From Squalus acanthias (lineage: Eukaryota): 64,000 nucleotides of DNA. The position numbers were made by a program, and so were the translations under genes. Of the stretch, positions 35,193-47,800 are shown in pieces; the stretch's first letter is position 1, and the number at the start of each line of letters is the position of its first letter. The stretch covers positions 260,958,001 through 261,022,000 of the forward strand of contig CM059425.1 of the NCBI GenBank assembly GCA_030390025.1, read 5' to 3'. A model generated the notes under the pieces. It searched no databases, was not told where the DNA came from, and saw only the letters and a list, made by a program, of their open reading frames with translations.

Positions 35193-38100
35193 TTTTTTTT
35201 TTATTCGTTTATGGGATGTGGGCGCCGCTGGCAAGGCCAGCATTTATTGCCCATCCCTAATCGCCCTTGAGAAGGTGGTGGTGAGCCGCCTTCTTGAACC
35301 GCTGCAGCCATTGTGGTGAAGGTGCTCCTACAGTGCTGTTAGGGAGGGAGTTCCAGGATTTTGACCCAGCGACAATGAAGGAACGGCCGATATACTTCTA
35401 AGTCAGGATGCTGTGTGACTTGGAGGTGGTGGTGTTCCCATGCGCCTGCTGCCCTTGTCCTTGATCATGGGTTTGGGTTTGGGAGGTGCTGCTGAAGAAA
35501 CCTTGGCGAGTTGCTGCAGTGCATCTTGTAGATGGTACACACTGCAGCCACGGTGTGCCGGTGGTGGAGGGAGTGAATGTTTAAGGTGGTGGATGGGATG
35601 CCAATCAAGCAGGCTGTTTTGTCCTGGATGGTGTCGAGCTTCTTGTGTGTTGTTGGAGCTGCACTCATCCAGGCAAGTGGAGAGTATTCCATCACACTCC
35701 TGACTTGTGCCTTGTAGATGGTGAAGTTAGTGGGAGTTGTATACAGACACCCAAACAGTAATGCTGAGGTTGGGGATGGCATTAAATGGGAAATTAGAGA
35801 TGCGTGCAATAAGGGCACAGCAGTTATCATGGGTGACTTTAATCTACATATAGATTGGGCTAACCAAATTAGTAACAATACTGTGGAAGAGGAATTCCTA
35901 GAGTGTATACAGGATGGTTTCTTGGACCAATATGTCGAGCCATCTTAGACTGGGTATTATGTAATAAGAAAGGATTAATTAGCAATCTTGTTGTGCGAGG
36001 CCCCTTGGGGAGGAGCGATCATAATATGATAGAATTCTTCATTAAGATGGAGAGTGAAGTAGTAGTTGACTCAGAGACTAGGGTACTGAATTTAAATAAA
36101 GGAAACTACGATGGTATGAGGCGCAAGTTGGCGACAATGGATTGGGGAATGTTACTTAAAGGGTTGACGGTGAATAGGCAATGGCAAACATTTAAAGATC
36201 GCATGGATGAACTACAGAATTTGTTCAACCCTGTTTGGCAGAAAAATAAAACAAAAATGGTGACTCAATCGTGGCTAACAAGGGAAATTAGGGATAGCAT
36301 AAGATCCAAGGAGAGGGCATATAAATTGGCCAGAAAAAGCAGCAAACCTGAGGATTGGGAGCAGTTTAGGATTCAGCAAAGGAGGACAAAGGGATTAATT
36401 AAGACAGGGGAAATAGAGTTTGAGAGTAAGCTTTCAGGGAACATAAAAACTGACTGTAAAAGCTTCTATAGATATGTGAAGAGAAAAAGATTGGTGCAGT
36501 CAGAATCAGGGGAATTTATAATGGGGGACAAAGAAATGGCGGACCAATTAAATACATACTTTGGTTCTGTCTTCACAAAGGAGTACACAAATAAACTCCC
36601 AGAGATGTCGGGGAACATAGGGTCTAATGAGAGGGAGGAACTGAATGAAATCAGTATTTGTAGGGAAATGGTGTTAGGGAAATTGACGGGATTGAAGGCC
36701 GATAAATCCCCAGGGCCTGATAATCTACATCCTAGGGTACTTAAGGAAGTGGCCCTAGAAATAGTAGATGCATTGCTGGTCATCTTCCAAAATTCTATAG
36801 ACTCTGGAACAGTTCCCATGGATTGGAGGGTAGCTAATGTAACCCCACTATTTAAAAAAGGTAGTAGAGAGAAAACAGGGAATTATAGACCGGTAAGCCT
36901 GACATCAGTAGTGGGGAAAATGCTAGAGGCCATTATAAAAGATGTAATAGCAGAGCACTTGGAAAACAGTGATAGGATCGGACAAAGTCAACATGGATTT
37001 ACAAAAGGTAAATCATGCTTGACTAATCTACTGGAATTTTTTGAGGATGTAACTGGTAGAATAGATAAGGGAGAACCAGTGGATGTGGTGTATTTGGACT
37101 TTCAGAAGGCTTTCAATAAGGTCCCGTATAAGAGATTAGCGTGCAAAGTTAAAGCACATGGGATTGGGGGTAAGGTATTGACTTGGATAGAAAACTGGTT
37201 GGCAGACAGGAAGCAAAGAGTTGGAATAAACGGGTCTTTTTCCGAGTGGCAGGCAGTGACTAGTGGGGTACCGCAGGGATCGGTGCTAGGACCCCAGTTA
37301 TTCACAATATATATTAATGATCTAGACGAGGGAACTAGGTGCAATATCTCCAAGTTTGCAGACGACACAAAGCTGGGTGGGCGTGTGTGCTGTGAGGAGG
37401 ATGCAGAGAAACTCCAGTATGATTTGGACAGGTTGGGTGATTGGGCAGATGCAGTATAATGTGGATAAATGCGAGGTTATCCACTTTGGTGGCAAAAACA
37501 GGAAGGCAGATTATTATCTGAACAGCAATAGATTGGGAAAAGGGGAAGTGCAACGAGACCTGGGTGTCCTTGTGCACCAGTCGCTGAAGGTAAGCATGCA
37601 GGTGCAGCAGGCGGTTAAGAAGGCAAATGGTATGTTGGCCTTCATAGCGAGAGGATTCGAGTACAGGAGCAAGGATGTCTTGCTGCAGTTCTACAGGGCC
37701 TTGGTGAGACCACACCTTGAGTATTGTGTGCAGTTTTGGTCGAGGAAGGATGTTCTTGCCATGGAGGGAGTGCAGTGAAGATTCACCAGACTGATACTTG
37801 GGATGGCAGGAATGACGTATGAAGAGAGATTGGGTCGAGTAGGCTTATATTCGCTAGAGTTTAGAAGAATGAGAGGGGATCTCATTGAAACTTATAAAAT
37901 TCTAACAGGACTAGACAGACTAGATGCAGGAAGGATGTTCCCGATGGCGGGGGAGTCCAGAACCAGAGGTCACAGCAAGGATAAGGGGTAAGCCATTTAG
38001 GACTGAGATGAGGAGGAATTTCTTCACCCAGAGAGTGGTGAACCTTTGGAATTCTCTACCACAGAAGGCAGTTGAGGCCAATTCATTAAATATATTCAAG

Positions 38101-38515
38101 AAGGAGTTAGATATATTTCTTAAGGCTAAGGGGATCAAGGGATCTGGGGAGAAAGCAGGGACAGGGTACTGAATTTGGATGATCAGCCATGATCGCATTG
38201 AATGGCGGAGCAGGCTCAAGGGGCCGAATGGCCTACTCCTGCTCCTATCTTCTATGTTTCTATGCTTTGGGGAGTCAGGAGGTGAGACACTCGCCGCAGA
38301 ATACCCAGCCTCTGACCTGGTCTTGTTGCCACAGTATTTATGTGGCTGGTCCAGTTAAGTTTCTGGTCAATGGTGACCCCCAGGATGTTGATAGTGGGCG
38401 ATTCGGTGATGGTAATGCCATTGAATGTCAAGGGGAGATGGTTAGACTTTCGCTCGTTGGAGATAGACATTGCCTGGCACTTCCGTGGCACGAATGTTAC
38501 CTGCCACTTATCAGT
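35193..38515 (-). mobile_element. 3' part of a CR1/L2-group LINE (35193-35720 and 38270-38515) split by a plus-strand CR1
   Basis: IYKAQVRSVMEYSPLAW and KWQVTFVPRKCQ motifs; A-rich 3' end at 35193. Confidence 0.85.
35722..38263 (+). mobile_element. 5'-truncated decayed CR1 LINE
   Basis: Partial endonuclease plus RT (518-aa open stretch), frameshifts, ttctatgtttctatg tail. Confidence 0.93.
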
Positions 38516-38865
38516 TCCCTGAGCAAAGCACCTGGAATAATTGGCATTTCCCAACTGTCGTACTCACAGTCACCTCTGTCCCATGGCCTCTCCCACTATT
38601 CACATCATAGATAAAGCCTGGGCATTTGTACAGAATTATATTGGGAATGATCCTACGCGGATTCCATTCGAAATGACAGTGTGATGCAGAGCCGTGCCGA
38701 ATAGCTGATTAACAGGAAGAATTTTGCACTGCGGTCCAGGATCACTCAGCGAAGGATCACTATAGCAAGTACAGCCTGAATCGCTGGATGAGATTCAGTG
38801 CTGGGAGAGCGGAACAGGTTTATATTGCGGTTTGTACATTGGGTTTCTCAGCCTCCTGGGATGGA

Positions 38866-38881
38866 TCAGTCCTGCTCCTTT
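38866..38881 (-). CDS. Copy B exon 5, terminal coding part, followed by a probable 3' UTR toward ~38520
   Basis: Identical to 1..16, with non-repetitive sequence downstream on the minus strand. Confidence 0.65.
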
Positions 38882-41800
38882 CTGTGGACAAAACAAGACC
38901 AATTAAAATGAGCCGTGTGAACTATAAAATAAGAGCACTTTCAGCACCTCCATCCACAACCAGCGGCTGTTTAAATAGCATTCCCTGCGCATTTCAAAAT
39001 AGATTTGATAGCCGATCTTAATGAATACTTTGCATGTGTTTTCACAAAAGAGAGGGGCGATGCAGAAATTGCAATCAGGGAGGAGGAGTGTGAAATATCG
39101 GATGAAATAAACATAGTGAAAGAGGAAGTATTAAGGGGTTTAGCATCTTTGAAGGTGGATAAATCCCCCGGCCCGGATGAAATGTATCCCAGACTGTTAA
39201 GAGAAGTAAGAGAGGAAATAGCAGAGGCTCTGACAATCATTTTCCAATCCTCTCTGGCTACAGGTGTGGTGCCGGAGGACTGCTAATGTGATACCGTTGT
39301 TTAAAAAGGGAGAAAGGGATAGACCGAGTAATTACAGGCCAGTCAGCCTAACCTCGGTGGTGGGAAAATTATTGGAAAAAATTCTGAGGGACAGGATAAA
39401 TCTTCATTTAGAAAGACACAGATTAATCAGGGACATGAGGGAGATCATGGATTTGTTAAGGGAAGGTCGTGTCTGACTAACATGATTGAATTTTTGAGGA
39501 GGTAACAAGGAGGGTAGATGAGGGTAGTGCATTTGTTGTAGTCTATATGGATTTTAGCAAGGCTTTTGATAAGGTTCCACATGGCAGCCTGGTCACAAAA
39601 GTAAAAACCCATGGGATCCAGGGCAAAGTGGCAAGTTGGATCCAAAATTGGCTCAGAGGCAGGAAACAGAGGGTAATGGTCGAAGGGTGTTTTTGTGACT
39701 GGAAGGCTGTTTCCAGTGGGGTTCCGCAGGGATCAGTACTGGGACCTTTGCTTTTTGTGGTATATATCAATGATTTGGACTTGAATGTAGGAAGTATGAT
39801 TAAGAAGTTTGCAGATGATACAAAAATTGGCCGTGTGGTTGATAATGAAGAAGAAAGCTGTAGACTGCAGGAAGATATCAATGGACTGGTCAGGTGGGCA
39901 GAACAGTAGCAAATGGAATTCAATCCGGAGAAGTATGAGGTAATGCATTTGGGGAGGGCTAACAAGGAAAGGGAATACACTGTAAATGGTAGGGCACTGA
40001 GTAGTGTAGAGGAACAAAGGGACCTTGGACTGCATGTCCACAGATCCCTGAAGGTAGCAGGCCAAGTAGATAAGGTGGTTAAGAAGGCATACGGAATGCT
40101 TGCCTTTATTAGCCGAGGCATAGAATATAAGAGCAGGGAGGTTGGGCTTGAACTGTATAAAATACTAGTTAGGCCGCAGATAGAATACTGCGTGCAGTTC
40201 TGGTCACCACATTACAGGAAGGATGTAATTGCACGCGAGAGGTTGCAGAGGAGATTTATGAAGATGTTGCCTGGGCTGGGGAATTTTAGCTATGAGAAAA
40301 GATTGGATAGGTTGGGGTTGTTTTATTTGGAACAGAGGAGGCTGAGGGGAGACTTAATTGAGGTGTATAAAATTATGAGGGGCCTAGATCGAGTGGATAG
40401 GAAGGACCTATTTCCCTTAGCAGAGGGGTCGATAACCAGGGGGCACAGATTTAAAGTAATTGGTAGGAGGATTAGAGGGGATTTGAGGAGAATTTTTTTC
40501 ACCCAGAGTGTAGTGGGGTTCTGGAACTCACTGCCTGAAAGGGTGGTAGAGGCAGAAACTCTCATCACATTTAAAAAGTACTTGGATATGCACTTGAAGT
40601 GCCGTAACCAACAAGGCTACGGACCAAGTGCTGGAAAGTGGGATTAGGCTGGATAGCTCTTTGTCGGCAGGCATGGACATGATGGGCCGAATGGCCTCCT
40701 TCTGTGCTGTAAATTTCTATGATTCTATGATGATCCCAGCTGGGGCTGCAGTAGGGGCTCTCCAGTTGGTCTAAGTGAAACTGGGATAGGGAGAGGAAAC
40801 ATTGCCCAGGGATCCTGCTCCTGCTTGTATCCAGCAACCACTGCTGGACGTGTACTGTGTGGTCATTGGCTCGACTCGGATGGCTCAGTGTTTGAATCAC
40901 CTGCCAACACACACTGTCCAAGGCTCACCCATGAATCGGGCTTCAGGCATTTAAAGGCAAGAGTCTCCCAGCAATATTACATACCTGGTTTTGTCCCTGA
41001 ATAAAATGATGCACATCACGAAAAGGGCAAGGAGTTTCACTCCAAGTGGAATGCACAATATCGCAATGGGGAAAGCCTCTGCAACTGAACAGAAAGTGAG
41101 AGAGATCAAATCGGAGACAAATAAAGGTGAGACACCAACAATGCAGCGACAATTAATCAAAGCCTGTAGACAAGTGTGAATCTTGACTGCAAGGCAGAAA
41201 TATTGTGGTGATGGAGATGAGCTAGGCAAAGAGTATGGACTGTCAATGAAGAACGACAAATGGAGAGTACAAATAATATAGTATCTCACAGTGACGGGTT
41301 AATACTGTAGTATTTACGGTGACTAGGGTTAATACTGTAGTATATCACAATCACAGGGCTAAATATTGTAATGCTCATAGTGAAATAAATAATTTCTGTA
41401 GTATTTAGCAAAATGGTTAAATACTGTGATGGATGAATACTGTCGTACTCAGTGTTGGGGTGAATACAAGAGTACTCACAGTGACAGAGGCAAATACAAG
41501 AGTACTCACAGTGACAGAGGCAAATACAAGAGTACTCACAGTGACAGAGGCAAATACAAGAGTACTCACAGTGACAGAGGCAAATACAAGAGTACTCACA
41601 GTGACAGAGGCAAATACAAGAGTACTCACAGTGACAGAGGCAAATACAAGAGTACTCACAGTGACAGAGGCAAATACTATGTTGATACATCCCTGGCCTC
41701 TTATTTACTGGGCAGGTGGCTGGTGCGCTGGGTGAGACCACATGTACCGACCCTACGACCGGTGGAAGGGGGACCTCACCGGTTATACTGGCCCTTATAA

Positions 41801-44800
41801 AGGGGGCCAAGAGGGGGAATTGTTCATCGGGTGGGGTGGGGGTTAGCTCCGGCATCTCACCCAGAACCAGCGCATTGGTCCTCTACGCAGTCTCCTTCGG
41901 CTGGAGGGCGCCCATGGTTTTACCCCATCGTGTCGCGGGCACCCGCCTGTCATGTTTAAATGGAGGACCACCCACCGACGCTGCGCATTTCAATAGAGCC
42001 CAGGGGGATTTTAGGCCCCAGTGTCCCCAAAATGGGAGCGTTTGGAAGGAACTGATGGAATCGGTCAGTTAGGAAAAAGAAGTGCTTGCATTTATATAGC
42101 GGCTTTCACAACCTCGGGACATCACAAAGCGCTTTACAGCCAATGAAGTATCTTTTGAAGTGTAGTCAGCCGTGGCTCAGTGGGTAGCACACTCGCCTCT
42201 GAGTCATGAAGGTTGTGGGTTCAAGTCCCACTCCAGGGACTTGAGCACATAAAGCTAGGCTGACGCTCCAGTGTGGTACTGAGAGAGTGCTGCACTGTCG
42301 GAGGTGCCGTCATTCAGGTGAGACCTTAAACCGAGGCCCTGTCTGCTCTCTCAGGTGGATGTAAAGGATCCCATGGCCACTATTTCAAAGAAGAGCAGGG
42401 GAGTTTTCCCTGGTGTCCTGGCTAACATAACAAAAACAGATTATCTGGTCATTATCACATTGCTGTTTGTGGGAGCTTGCTGTGCGCAAATTGGCTGCCG
42501 CGTTTCCCACATTACAACAGTGACTGTACTTCATTGACTGTAAAGCACTTTGGGACGTCTGGTGGTCATGAAAGGTGCTATAGAAATGCAAGTCTTTCTT
42601 TTAGTCACTGTTTTGATGTAGGGCACCAATTTGCGCACAGCAAGCTCCCACAAACACTAATGTGATAAATGAGCAGATAATCTCTTTTTTACTTTTTTTT
42701 TGAGGGATAAATGCTGGCCAGGACACCGGGGAGCAGTCACTGCTCTTCAGAATAGTGCAGTGGGATCTTTTACATCCACCTGAGGGGGCAGATGGGGCCC
42801 CGTTTTAACGTCTCATCTGAAAAACGTCAGTACTGCACCGGGAATGCCAGCCTAGATTATAGTCAAGTGTCTGGAGTGAGATTTGACAACTCGACCTTTT
42901 GACTCAGAGGCGAGAGTGCTACCCACTGAGCCAGGCTGATGAGTGTTTTCTGTTACACCGCCGGCTCCTCACTGTACAACCTCGATACACTGGAGAATGT
43001 GGGAATGGCTTCTTACCATGTATCACCTCCAGCCGTGTCTCATTCTGGATCAGATGTTGATAATTGTACAATTTCTTGGACTCCACCAGACACAGGTAAG
43101 TGTGGCTGTCCTTCACGCTCAGCTGGTTTATCCTGGTTGAGGCGTTTCCCTCCTCTGGTTTCCCGACTAGCTCGTACCGATTTCCACCGTTTACAGTTGT
43201 CCAAGATCCGTTTGATTGGGCTGTAAATGTGACTACGTGTTGGTAGGGCTCCTTCCTCATCCATGTAACAGTGCTCAGGGCGGTGTTGTCGCTGGGCCGT
43301 GTGAACATACAGGGCAGTGTAACCGAAGCTCCCTCGGTCCCACTCACCACTGAGCCACTTCCACTAGCAGCTGAGGAAAGGACAAACATCAGAATGAGTC
43401 AGTGTCTTGATGAGAACGTTTAATTTATTTTAGTTCAGAGCTCTCCCTGTGGCCTTCCTCAGAGCACAAGGCTGGTCAATGAGTGGCAATGGACTATTTG
43501 ACTGTGGAGAGCATCACAGGCAGGCCCAATGTCCAAGAACACAGCTTCCAGCAGGAGTCACTGGAGCGTGATCAGGAGCAGGAACCCCGGCCAATATCCC
43601 CCCCCCCCCCCCCCCGCCTTCATAGCCCGGGGCTGCTGAAAGTTTATTGATCCGTGTGGCTCAGGACCGGACCAGGTGGAGCCTTTACCCATTGAGCTAT
43701 CGGAGCAGCTCCAGCCCCTGAACATTGTTCCTCACCTCTCACACTCAGACTCGGAATCGTTGTCCACGGTGTTTGAAAACTGCCAATATTGAGCTCCACC
43801 CGACACCGATAATCACCGCTGTCCGCCGGGCTCAGCCGCTCCATCATTATCGAGGCATCCTTGTTGCTGAGGTTCCCCACGAATCTGAATCGATTCCCGC
43901 CGTCCTGCTGTATCACATTCTCACACAGCTCGGCCCGTGAATGGTCCAGACCAGAATATGTACAGTTAAAAATAACCCGGTGTAACCCCGAGTCACCTTT
44001 GATCCACATCACATTGCCGGTGAGCGTGCGATCAGGGTTTGGGTGGGTGAAACTGCACGGCAAGACAGCGGACCCCCCTTCCTCAGCAGTCACTGCATCC
44101 GCGCCGCTCATTGTCCAACCATTGTGATAAACCTCTGTGGGGAGAGAGAGAGACAACATTAGAACAGCACGGGGGCAGACATCAGTGTTTCAAAAACACA
44201 CTGCCTGACAATATACTGAGTCTGTGATATAGTGACAACAGATATAAGAGGGGGGATTTTTCGGGGGTCAGCGGGCGCGTTCGGTGCCGGGTCGAGTGGG
44301 GAAATTTTTTTTCTGACAGCGGGTCGGGACCCTGCTGTCAACCCGCTGCCACCCGCCTTTCCCAGATTTCGGGTCTGTCAGGGCTGCGGGGGAGGCAATT
44401 CAGGTCATTATGATCTTGTTAACAGCCCATTAAGAAGTATTTTGAGCTCGGCTTTACATTTTACGAAGTCGCCCAGGGAGTCCATGCTGCTCGGGGTTCA
44501 CGCCAGGTAAGCAGGTAGGGAGTTGTGTTACCATGATATGATCGCTTTACTTAACAGCACCAACAACAACACTAACCTTCTCCGCAATTAACTGATGCTG
44601 CACAGGACAGAGGACATCAGCACCCGAGCACATTGCTGCCCGGGAGGCCAGGGATGGCCTCACTATGGCCAGATTTACTTCACTTGACTCTGAACACCCT
44701 GGCTGCCACATGATGTGCCAGGTTGGCACCATCCCACACCAACACCATAAAGCATCCCTACAATGTCCCAAGCCATTCCTTTCACACTTATTACCATTGC

Positions 44801-47800
44801 GGGGGGTACCGTTATGTCTCATCATTCACTGCAACTCACTAAGCCACTTCCAAAGGTGGACAGAAATCTGTCCAAGAATGCAAAGTGTTGAAAATAAAGA
44901 TTTCAATGTTTGACAGCACATTAACAGAAACTTCACATGAACTTCACATTGGCTAAAACACCCAAGTGCCTACCCTTGTGTGTTGTTAGTTGGTATGATT
45001 GCACTAGGATGAGGGTGAGTGTGAGGGGTGCCTAGTGAGATGGGGAAGTGATAATGTAGATAGAGAGGGATGGGTGGGGGTGCAAGGTAAGTTGGTGTGA
45101 GTAAGGATGTGCAGGAGTAGGGTAAGGAAGGCAGAGTGATGGGGATGTGATGAGTGGCACAGCAGGATGAGGTTGAGTGTGGCTTGGCAGTAACATTTCG
45201 TGATCTACTGAGATCATTGAAAGGTTTGCGCCACTGCAGCCTGGTCCTCCTGACAACATCCCTGCTTGTGTCCTCCTGGGGAGGTGTCTTCTGCCCATGG
45301 GAAGGGAAGTTGACTTCCCTGCATGCTGTAACTCCCTCCATAAGCATATGGAGGGAGTCACGGGAGAGCCATGCTGCGGCCTTGCACCTCTGTGCAGTGC
45401 TTGTCAGTGTTTGCAGCATCTCAATGCTGTAGAACACTGACAGCGCAAATGTCAAAAGCAATTTGCGCATGGTCCCTTTAAGGAAACTGCCTGATGATGT
45501 GTCATCAAATGACATCATCAGACCCGCTTCCTTCAATTGGCCAGGAAATGTGCTGGGCGGGCTTAACAAGCCCAATCAGGGGGAAGTCATTCTACAGAGC
45601 GGGCTGGAGCCAGCAGCGAGGTCGGGACCCACCAGCGACCCTGGCCGCATCGGATCCGCCGAGGTAGGGCAAATCGCGGCCAACATCACATGGTCAGATT
45701 GGGATGGTTTATACATGGATATCGGACACTGTGTAGTGAGTTACAGTCTGGAATCTAATCGAGGGGTTCAGATGGTTTATATATAGAATAATGGATACCT
45801 GGGAGTGAGTTACAGTCTGGAATCTAATCGAGGGGTTTGGGTGGTTTACTTATAGAATAATGTCTACCTGGGAGTGATTTACAGTCTGGAATCTAATCGA
45901 GGGGTTCGGGTGGTTTATTTATAGAATAATGGATACCTGGGAGTGAGTTACAGTCTGGAATCTAATCGATGGGTTCGGGTGGTTTATTTATAGAATAATG
46001 GATACCTGGGAGTGAGTTACAGTCTGGAATCTAATCGAGGGGTTTGGGTGGTTTATTTATAGAATAATGGATACCTGGGAGTGATTTACAGTCTGGAATC
46101 TAATCAAGGGGTTCGGGTGGTTTATATATAGAATAATGGATACCTGGGAGTGAGTTACAGTCTGGAATCTAATCAAGGGGTTCGGGTGGTTTATATATAG
46201 AATAATGGATACCTGGGAGTGAGTTACAGTCTGGAATCTAATCGAGGGGTTTGGGTGGTTTATGTATAGAATAATGGATACCTGGGAGTGAGTTACAGTC
46301 TGGAATCTAATCGAGGGGTTCGGGTGGTTTATTTATAGAATAATAGATACCTGGGAGTGAGTTACAGTCTGGAATCTAATCAAGGGGTTCAGATGGTTTA
46401 TTTATAGAATAATGGATACCTGGGAGTGAGTTACTGTCTGGAATCTAATCGAGAGGTTTGGGTGGTTTATGTATAGAATAATGGATACCTGGGAGTGAGT
46501 TACAGTCTGGAATCTAATCGAGGGGTTCGGGTGCTTTATACACAGAACATTGGAACAGGAGGAGGCCATTGAGCCCCTCGAGCCTGTTCCTCCATTCAAT
46601 GAGATCATGGCTGATCCGTGACCTAACTCCATATACCCACCTTTGGCCCATATCCCTTAATACCTTTAGTTAACAAAAGCTATCAATCATAAGAACATAA
46701 GAAATAGGAGCAGGAGTCGGCTATTTGGCCCCTCGAGCCTGCTCAGCCATTCAATAAGATCATGGCTGATCTTCTACCTCATCTCCACTTTCTTGCACTA
46801 TCCCCAAATTCCTTGATTCCCTTAATATCCAAAAATCTATCGATCTCTGTCTTGAATATACTCAATGCCAGGAGCAGAACCAGCGGACCTGAGCGGAACT
46901 GGAGTGGCAGTGGGAGCAGAATAAAGAGCACGGTGAAAGGAGGCTTGAGAGCAGAGCCAGCGGGGAGGAGCAGCGAGGCTCCGATTCAATAACAAAAAAA
47001 TCAAAGTGTGAGTAACAGGTAAGCAGGTAGGTGATTGGTGGTGAGTATTTCTTTTCTCTCAGGACTGAGGGCTAAGTTACAGTAAAGACCTATAGCATAT
47101 AACTACATTTATAACTAACTCAACTTATTTTAATAAATTTAATAAATTAAACAAGGTTATTACCTGGTTTACCTAGATTAAAAACTATAAATACACAATT
47201 CATTGATATTGATGTAATTAATTAAATAAAATACAATAGAGATGGCAGGGCAGGCGATGTGTTGCAGCTGTAACATGTGGGAGCTGGTGGACACCAGTGT
47301 GATCCAGGGCGACCACATCTGCAGTAAGTGTCTGCAGCTCGAGGAACTTCGGCTCAGAGTTGATGGGCTGGAGTCTGAGCTGCAGACATTGCGATACATC
47401 AGGGAGGGAGAAAGTTACCTGGACACTTTGTTCCAGGAGGCAGTCACACCCCTTAGGTTAAATACTTCAGATTTGGTCCGTGGTCAGAGACAGGAGGGTG
47501 TGACTGCAAGTGAGGCAGGTATGGGAATCCAGAAGGTAGCATTGGAGGAGCCTCAGCCCTTGCACTTGTCCAACAGGTACGAGGTACTTCCTCCCTGTGT
47601 GGACGAGAGCAGGGACTGCAGGGAGGATGAGAAAACTGACCACAGCACCGTGGTACAGGGGGCCATTCAAGTTGGGGGAGTAAAAAGTAATGTAGTCTTG
47701 ATAGGGGACAGTATAGTTAGGGGGATAGATACTGTTCTCTGCAGCCGAGAGTGTGAGTCCGAAGGCTGTGTTGCCTGCCCGGTGCCAGGGTTAAGGATAT

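Noticed and set aside
35035-35204. AATAAA signals on the minus strand as the poly(A) site of copy B
   Set aside because: They lie more than 3.6 kb from the stop across nested LINEs, and one is the LINE's own tail; not supportable without transcripts.
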